DNA of 57,498 nt, the filler included, from Dugesia japonica (taxonomy: Eukaryota): NCBI GenBank assembly GCA_001938525.1. It is 5 parts of 5 records of this genome, joined end to end, with 100 filler letters (N's around TTAATTAATTAA, not from the genome) between each part and the next. Parts side by side here need not be neighbours in the genome. Positions count along the whole stretch, not along the records: positions 48,440 to 57,498 come from MQRL01417118.1; 4 more parts are not named here. One strand, 5' to 3'. Below, piece after piece: positions 49,131 to 57,498 of this stretch. How positions within the stretch are numbered: position 1 is the stretch's first letter; every line of letters begins with the position of its first letter. Both the position numbers and the translations under genes were made by a program. The notes beneath the pieces were generated by a model. The model saw only the letters and a program-made list of their open reading frames with translations, was not told where the DNA came from and made no database searches.

Positions 49131-50059
49131 TTTTAATGGATCATTGGTTAGTAAAAAACAATTCAATAATTTAGAAAAAAGATAACTTACTATAATATCT
49201 TTTGAAAAAAAGAAATAAATTGTTTGTAAGTTAGTAGGTTTTTATTTAATTTTAATTAATTCCAACGTTAATTTAATATTAATTAATTTAACTATTATTT
49301 TGTAGACAACAGAAAATTTTCTAAAGTAGATAGAAAATAAATATAACTATCACAAAAAATTTTAACGAGAAATTGTCAAAACAACTGTCAATTATATTCC
49401 GTTAACTTATTTTGTACATAATGTCAAATTTTCCAGATGGTTTGTTTCTAGTATTTGTCACTGATAATTTTTCTAAAATTATCGAAATATCTAACAAAAA
49501 TTATTAATAAAACAATACAAAAAGTCAATTCATTATGAACATGTGATATTTTGAGAATTTTAATAGCTATCAATATAGTTGTTTCGTTAAGAGAGAAAAA
49601 ATGTCAAAATTATGAAATCGGCCCCATCTTGTTCTTTTTAAACAAAACTTTGATTTTTGCAATTTTTTTGATTTTTGTAAATATTAATTATATTGAATAA
49701 ATAATTACATCTTTTCTTTGAGAATTTACTTGTCAAATGATATCGGGAATTCGTACATTTTTTTCTGTCGACAATTGTCACTTATTTGTTAAGTCGTATT
49801 ACAAGTACAAAATAATGACAGATTTTAATAGAAATAAATACATGAATAGTAAATTTGTTTCAGACACAAAAGTAAGCCAACATTTCATAAGAACTTTATT
49901 AATATACATTTTCGGCTTAGTTGAACAATCCATTCAATGAGGTCATACCAAGTGGACGAAAGTGACCGATTTAAGCGAATGCCAAAATTATATATATATA
50001 TATATATATATTCAAAAACATATTGAACAAATGGTTTTGATCTAAATAAAATGAAAAAA

Positions 50060-52000
50060 CGCAATTTTTAAAAACATTTATTTCTGAGACATGTTTCGGA
50101 CAAATCTATGTCCACCATCAGTTACTGTGGTAAAATAAGGAAAATTGGCCAAAAAAATCTGTAACGTAATCAATATAATAAAATAAGATTAAAATAAAAT
50201 TAAAAGCCAATGTGTGTCAATTTGAGTATTAAGAATCGGATTATTGGAGAAATGTTTGGAGAAATTTATTTTAATCCAATTTTATTGGATTGATAATGTA
50301 GCAAGTTTTATTGGCCAGTATATAAACAATTTCCTTCTTATATATATATAAAACGCAAAAGAATTCCTATAACCAAAAATTTCATATAGAATTGTATACA
50401 TTTAGGATGGTTAATTCCGTTCCATTATTCAAATATGAGTTTTGTTCTTATATTTCCTGTTTAATGAATAAACGGTTTGTTTATCTGATTCAATTCTTAA
50501 ATTGAGTAAATTAAATAATTTAAATAAGTAATCATGAATTATTTCAAATTTTATAAGTTGTGTGAGAAAGCTTACCAAAACCTTTTTTCACTAAACTTGT
50601 TGAAAGCATACCACGCAGATGCCAAGCTGTTATTAATAATGACCGAATACCAACCAAATAGAAATTTTCAATTCTCAATATTTTATTATAGTTTTTCAAT
50701 TCAAGAGTCTCTGACTCATAAAATATTGCAATTATTAAAGCTTAAATTACAGCTTAAAATGTCCACTATATAGATTAGAAATACAGCAAATAAAACATCC
50801 AATGATTCCTTAATTCTTTCATCAAAATGGAAGTATACTCAAACATATAGATACAGGATACTAATTTACAATCCTCATATTATGAAAATTGATAACAACG
50901 TCTTATATCATGATTATATTAAATATTAAGACCTTCAATTTAATTTATTACAAACATATAAACACAAAAAGAAAAGCATTGAACAAAGTAAGGGAAAAAT
51001 TGTTAAAGAAATTAAAATTTTAAAATCAATTATCAATACACCAACAGACAAAACAAATAAATTAGTAGCTCTATCTGAATAGACAAACATTATTATGAAA
51101 CAAGAGCCTACAAAAGACTACCAACTACAGAAGAAATTAAATTCAGTAAACAATTAATTCAAATAGCAGACTGAAATGAAGACCCAAAAAAATGTTTACT
51201 TTTAACAGTTCCATTCTCGTACCATGTGCCTAAAGTACAAAAATCTATTTTAAAAGGAAGTTCTATTATAAACGCTTCTGACATTCATTCAAACTGTATT
51301 ATCCAAACTTATGGCAGATATATTAAAATTACTATTAAGTTTTCTTTCGACAAATTTGAAGAATAGTTTATTAAATTACGACTGGAAAAGTGATGATGAA
51401 TTTATTTCATTAGATGTAATAAATTGATACTAATCAATTCTAATTGAAGGACCTGAAAAAGTCATTGATATTATTATTGACTTCTTTGAAAGATACAAAG
51501 AACATACAGATATTCAAGATATCACCAAAAATGATTTCAAATGTATTATTAATTTGTGTCTCTGATAGCACTTTCATCGGTGGACAACTGTTTAAATAAA
51601 AAAGTGGTCTTGCAATTGGTAACAATTTATTTCACATTCTGGCGATAATTTTCACGAATCAAATAATTCTTAAATCAAACAAGAAAAATCATCTATGGTT
51701 TAGACACAGATGATATTTTTTGTAACTAATTCTCTTTTAAAGAAGATTTTAGAATTAGCCAATAGCATAAATTATAACATTGAATTCACTTTAGAGAAAT
51801 CAATTGACTTTCAGATATCTTTTATGGACACTTTAATCCAAAGGAAACTACTCAATTATATACAAAAACCATTTCAAAGTGGACATATATTACCTTGGTA
51901 ATACTACCATTAGATAAAAATTGGAATAATCAAGGGCAAAAGTATCCGAGCTGAGAGAATATCTTCAAATAAAGGAATGAAATTGATTTCTCTCAAGTTG
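50060..52000 (+). mobile_element. Penelope-like element: inverted pLTR (50060-50480) followed by RT-coding region, decayed
   Basis: FSYHVPKVQK, DDEFISLDV, KSGLAIGNNL, WFRH.DDIF, LELANSINYNIEFTLEKSIDFQISFMDTLIQR...KPFQSGHILPW. Confidence 0.85.
50078..50130 (-). ncRNA. Minimal hammerhead ribozyme motif in inverted Penelope pLTR
   Basis: Minus strand: CTGATGG (consensus CTGATGA) TGGACA-TAGATT-TGTCC GAAA CATGTC, then AATAAA. CATG gives the palindromic stem III and GTC the cleavage triplet. Confidence 0.75.
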
Positions 52001-52983
52001 ATGTGAAGTTGAAGTGTATGAATCAGCTTCTAAGACCAATTTTCGAAGCAAAAATTTGCGATAGTTAATCTTGAAATTTTCTATTATTCCTTGATCAAGA
52101 GGTTGAACGGCAGAGATCATATATGGCGGAATGAAAAACAGTTGAACATTAGACAGTTGAATATATAGATAGGAGGGTTTATTGTCAATTACTAGGGTAT
52201 TTGTCTGGTATCCTTTTCTAATATTTATAGTAAAACTGGTTTGTTCTTTTTAATTCAAATTGTAAACAAATACAAATTTATAAATCTAATAATTAAAATT
52301 TCCTATTTCGTGTCAATATTATCAACCTTTAAAATTCAACAACCTTTTTTGGTGTCAATATTATTAATTTCTAAAGTTCAACAACCTTTAAAATTCAAAT
52401 TGTAATTATTAACAAATTTAATAATCAAAATTACCTATTCTGCGTCCTTGGAAATTGAAACAAAACAATTTACTAATTTTTATAAATTGATGAAAAAATT
52501 TAATTTCACATTCAATTTTAAAACAAATTTATAAAATTCAAGTTATTTTTTCCTTTACAAGTATGAATTGACACTGTAAATAATTTCAAGTTAAAAGATT
52601 ATATGTTATATATAAGGTTATATGTTATTTATTTTCAGTTGTGTGACCATGTGTCTTTCAACTTGAAGTGGTTTTCAACTTCGGATGTTACACTGTGTAT
52701 ATCAAGGTTTGATATGTATAATATTTCTAGTTAAAATACAAAATTTGTTTCTTCAATTAAAACAAAGAAATTTATTTAAATGATATTGAAACACTAATTT
52801 AAATAATGCGGTTTTTACAAAAAGGATACTCTTTATTAATAAGCAAAAACCTATTAAATATAAGTTCAAAATTTGTAAGATCAGCAAACATCCATAAAAA
52901 ATACTGCTTTAAAAGTAATAATTCAAATTTTTCATTTAATTTGAAAAAAAAATTAAAAAGCATTATCGTTATAAAAGATTTTA

Positions 52984-53287
52984 TTAAGTAAAATACATAT
53001 GATTTAGACAACCACCAGCGGTTATTCTGTTTTTATAATTATAATTAAACATTGAACATAACAAATCTCTTAAGCGATCGGGCTGGATAAATTTTTTCAG
53101 TTTATCATTCAATTTCGAATCGGTTATTATATCGTTTTCAGATATGTTGAACAGTGGCTTTCCAAAATCTTTATCTTGAAATATCGGTTTTTGTAAACAC
53201 ATGTATGAAATAACACATGCTGCACTCCATACGTCAACAACTGTTCCGTAATTTTTGTTTTCCAATAATTCTGGAGCATTATAAAAA
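52984..53287 (-). CDS. Divergent GSK3-like (CMGC) Ser/Thr kinase, last exon
   Basis: Acceptor tttcag at 53288. Reads FYNAPELLENKNYGTVVDVWSAACVI...QKPIF...DLLCSMFNYNYKNRITAGGCLNHMYFT*. The phase matches the donor at 56947. Confidence 0.85.
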
Positions 53288-53659
53288 CTGAAATTTAGAA
53301 TTATTGTTAATTTTATAGCAGTCTCTATATTTCAATAATGAATTTAAATTATTTAAAAACTCTTAGAAAATAAATGTGAACATTTAAAAATATTTCCAAT
53401 TATATTAATATTAGTTTAGGAATAATAAATAAATTTTAAATGTGATTTAATAAAAGATTTTAGCAAAATAAAACATTTTTATATTTTTATAGCGATTTTA
53501 ATTTATGATCAATTTCGAGATTGTTATTTTCAGTTTCGTAATGATATCATTTTCTTATTCATTAAGTAATTTTGTAAACATATATATTATGAATAAATGA
53601 ATAAATACATAAAATAAAAGTATAAAAACCAATATTATTTACAATGGTAACCTATTTAT

Positions 53660-53995
53660 AGATTAAAATAAAGTAATTGCTTCGATCAAATTAAATTGTT
53701 TTATAGATATTCAAATTTTCACCAATTATCTTCTACAGGAATATGATAACTTTGATTGATTTAAACGATATTAAAACATTATTATAAAATTGTTTATTTT
53801 TCATTAAAATTTTCTTGGATTGTTTCAATAAAATTTAAATTATTTTCAAATTTAAATTTAATTTTAAATTTAATTTCAAACTTCCAATAATTTCGCAATT
53901 TAGGTTTATCCTCTGTTATCAAAGTTTATTCATGTTTTTTTCTTTGAATTGTTAAAATGTAGCCTGTTCCTAATGTTTTCTATGTAATATGATAT
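53660..53995 (-). mobile_element. Penelope 3' fragment inside the kinase intron
   Basis: Colinear with 16540-16620 and 17030-17130. Confidence 0.7.
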
Positions 53996-53999
53996 TTTT

Positions 54000-54420
54000 T
54001 GTATAGATTTCTTACCCCCCTGAATTATATCCATCACAATCAGAATTTTCATTCCATCATGAATCAATCATCTCCAGTAATTCTTTATCAGTAAAACACT
54101 TTGCTCTTCTCACCATGTCTTTCGATTGGGAAAATAAAGACTATCAGATTAAATGATGGGAATATGAAGACAAGACGTAATTCTGTGTAATTCTTTTCAG
54201 AATTTTCTCTCATGCAAAATACTTATGAAAAGCAACATTGTCCATAATAAATATACACCTATACAACCATTTTGAAGTCAAAACTTTAATTAATTCACCG
54301 AGAAAAGATGAGAACTTGTTAGCATTAAATAAATGGTATTTTAATTCAATAATAAAAACATTCTCCGTTTAATAGCATACACAAATATCAAAGATATCTA
54401 AGAAACAGATGTTTATTTTA
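54000..54420 (-). mobile_element. Tc1/IS630-like transposase C-terminal fragment inside the intron
   Basis: FIMDNVAFHK...LSSYSHHL..SLFSQSKDMVRR...ELLEMID...DCDGY. Confidence 0.7.
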
Positions 54421-54789
54421 TGTCTATTATTTTTCGCTCACTTAATTCAACCAAATTAATAAATTTGTAATCCTGTAAAATTATATAATTACAAAACTAT
54501 AGCTATAATAAATATTAAAATACCACTTTATTCATGATAAAAATAAATTATTATTGAAAATTAACGAATACTCTTTGTATTAAACATGTCTTTGTCGAGG
54601 CCAAATTATTGTAAAAATAAAAGGTAAATTGATGATTTACATCAATGTTATCAAAAAATTGAACATATTTCATTAATATATACCAAAATAATAAAACAAT
54701 AATGGTCACTATGCAAACAGAAACCGCATAATGACAAATATGAAGGAATATTGAAACAAGAAAAAATCATATATATAAAAAAATATAAT

Positions 54790-55000
54790 ATATGTTCAAA
54801 CTGGTGTCCATTAATCTTTATTGAATGTCTTTAATTAATTGGAATTTTATTGACATTATTACATAATTGATTACATAATGCGGAACTTAAGTATATATAC
54901 TATATTCTTCGTTTTAAACAGTTTGCATTAAGATGACAGATATATTGTCGAATTTTGTTTAATATTTAATTAAATGGCGTGTTAAATTATTTATAAAGAA
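54790..55000 (+). mobile_element. Penelope pLTR remnant with degenerate hammerhead
   Basis: Colinear with 31170-31410. Shows AAGATGACAGATATATTGTCGAA at about 54930. Confidence 0.6.
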
Positions 55001-56227
55001 AAATATATTTATAAATTTTATTTAACATTGATTGCAAATAAGTTTTAATTTATTTGTAGCTAAATTAATTTTAATATTTTATCAAACATGGATAAAATTT
55101 AGTTACTTATTAAAAGAAATTTTCAACTAATACAATGTTACAATTTTAAATGAATGATACTATTGATAATCAGATATTTTTTTCGCTCAAAAACCAAATT
55201 CTAAAAATTAAATACAAAATGATATTTACAGTTATATTTAAGATAATTAATTATTTTTATTTTTCTCAAACAAATATTTTCTATTCAATTACTTTCAATA
55301 GAAAATCAAATAAAAACAATGAAACGAAATTATTTTCATTATATATTTTTTAAAGTGACAATCATTATTTTAATTCAACTTTGCAATTTGACAAAAATCT
55401 ATTACAGAGAAAAAAAAATTAGATTTTTAATTGTTAAAATTATATTTATTGGAATTAAACTTTTCTCAGAATTTCTCGATCTTTCAAATAACTTTCAACT
55501 TTATAAATGATTTTTTTTTGTTTATTCTGAAAATTACATTTTGGATAATTATTCATTTTATTTTTAATTTTTAACCATTGACCTGAATGATAAAAATTAC
55601 TATTTTTAAAATAAAGAAAAAAAACTAAGGCTAAGATAAAGAAAACTTTATTTTTTTCCAAATTTTCAATTTTATCTTCACAATTTCAGAAGAAGATAAA
55701 ATCGAAAATTTTGGGGGAAAATAAAAAAGATTTCTAACTTAATGAAAAAATATTAAAACATTTTTTGATCTAAACCTTAGTTCATTTTCCTAATTTTGAA
55801 TGTATTTAATTTTTACAAATAAAATCAATATTTAATCCCCTTAGTTATATAATTGAAAATTTTATAAGTTAAAGGATATCTTACTGAGAACATTTTTTTC
55901 CGTATAGGAAATAAATTTTTGAAATTTTATCTGGTATATTTTATTACTTCAGAATAAAGTACTTTTTTAAAAAAGTAAAAGCTTCCAAAATAAAATTAGA
56001 AAAATAATCGGTTTTTTAAAGAAAAAAAACAAAAGTAAAAATGAAACTGTATATGCTAAAGTAAAGCCAAAATTTTTAAAGAATATTTTACTCATAAATT
56101 TTCCAAAGTAGTAAATAGTCTCTATAGCAAATTATATTAAAAACAAGGATTATATGCGACAAAAAGCTTTGTTATATTTCTCCTGAAGGCGTGTTGCAAA
56201 GAACAGAAAATTAGATTAGCTTAATAA

Positions 56228-56553
56228 GGTATGTCCGACAGTCGCCACATGTGGCAATTGGGTTGTGTTTGTGGTCAATAAGGCATTGTTATTGAAATAT
56301 GCAGACAGAAATTTCATGGTTATGGTGTGGTTTTTACGTATTTAAAAACAAACGAAATTTTTATCATAGTAAGCGTTTTTTAAGTTTTTAAATTTTTCTC
56401 CAATAACATGTGCAGTTAGCGTGGGGAAACTAAATAATTTTTAATTTTTCTAATGATATTCCTAAAATTGAAACATAAAATTTCTTTTAATGTGGCATGA
56501 AAATTTCTAAAATAACGATTGCGGCTACAATCGAATTTCTGTTGGACAACACT
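56228..56553. mobile_element. Possible hAT-type MITE in the intron
   Basis: GTATGTCCGAC and GTTGGACAACACT form imperfect inverted ends, with internal TGTGGC repeats. Confidence 0.3.
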
Positions 56554-56947
56554 AAGCTAAACAGTTGAAATTAATCTTAAAGAGTTTGCTATAGCGAATA
56601 TTTATGATAAATGAAAAAGGAAGTGAGTTAAATAAACAGCTCACAGCAGAAATGATATATAATTTAAAAGAATTTAAAGGTTAATTTATATACTTAAAAA
56701 ACAAAAGAAAAAATTATTGATTATTTTTTACCAGTAAAAAAATTTTTTTTTATTATTTTTCATTTTAATTGACAAAAGTGTGGCTTCAAAAATTTTACAG
56801 AGTAAACTATAACTAAACCAATTGTATAAATTAATTATGACATAATAAATATTTTATATTAATTATTAGTTTGGAATTTTGGGAATCTAATTTAGCTAAT
56901 AAATCATCATATGAATAGAAAATTAATTAATAAAAATCAAATCATAC

Positions 56948-57498
56948 TTTGTGTCAATTAATGCTGTTTTCGGCAGCCCTGGTTTAATAATGATTGCAGT
57001 AGAGAAGTCTGCAATTTTTAGTTGATATTTTGACATATCAACCAAAATGTTTATCGGATTAATATCTCTATGAGCAACATTGAATTGGTGAATAAATTTC
57101 AATGCAGATAATAGTTGTTTTGATAAAACTTTAACAATTTCCTCTTCTAGAGGTTTTTCTTGAATTTTTAGTCTTTCTATCATTACTGAAAGATTTTCTG
57201 GCATATATTCCATCATTATATTAAAATGGGTTTTTGTTCTTAACATATATTTCGAAGAGATTATGTTCGGATGTGAATCATTAAAATGTAGGATTATTTT
57301 AATATTTCTTTCAAAACTCTTATTATCATATTGTTTAATAAGAACATTTTCATAAATAAATTTTTGTTTAGAATCATAAAGATTTGGTGGAATCAAAGTA
57401 ATTTGATACAAACCAAAACTATAATTGAAATACTTACCGTGATCAAATGATTTCAGTTGAATTGATAAAGGTAAGCCATTGTTAATTGTTCTTACTTT
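56948..57498 (-). CDS. Divergent GSK3-like kinase, upstream exon (runs off the window end)
   Basis: The frame is open from 57498. Motifs SFGLYQ, VLIK, HPNII, NIMMEYMPENL, VAHRDINPINILVD and LKIADFSTAIIIKPGLPK. Donor AA|GTATGA at 56947 gives spliced DTNFYNAPELL. Confidence 0.85.

Noticed and set aside
55150-55661. Short F/I/K/N-rich ORFs in AT-rich DNA (many similar across the window)
   Set aside because: Their composition reflects AT bias. They have no motifs, and these ones lie within the kinase intron.
57419-57437. Apparent 19-nt GT-AG intron in the kinase
   Set aside because: Too short compared with the ~50-nt introns seen elsewhere, and the frame reads through without it, giving a Gly-loop-like sequence.

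Overview
Very AT-rich eukaryotic genomic DNA, not prokaryotic. Spliceosomal introns and a TE mix of Gypsy, Penelope, NeSL/R5-like, Tc1, pogo, rosa, hAT, piggyBac and Maverick point to an invertebrate; a planarian-like flatworm is my inference only. The window is five assembly pieces joined by artificial 100-bp linkers (44N-TTAATTAATTAA-44N), so adjacency across 9316, 19237, 34242 and 48340 is not evidence. Almost all recognisable content is decayed mobile DNA. There are two viral relics. (i) A parvovirus-related endogenous element at about 26.1-28.9 kb carries a small capsid gene UPSTREAM of a short SF3-helicase NS gene with no visible HUH domain, on the same strand, abutting a 5'-truncated NeSL/R5-type retrotransposon. 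(ii) A Maverick/Polinton (adintovirus-like) remnant at 34.3-38.3 kb has a PolB N-terminus, protease, major capsid and terminal repeat. Penelope fragments carry minimal hammerhead ribozyme motifs. Most TE and viral fragments lie on the minus strand, which resembles a unistrand piRNA cluster. The only convincing host gene is a divergent, possibly catalytically impaired GSK3-like kinase at the right end. All protein family calls come from manual motif recognition, not database searches.
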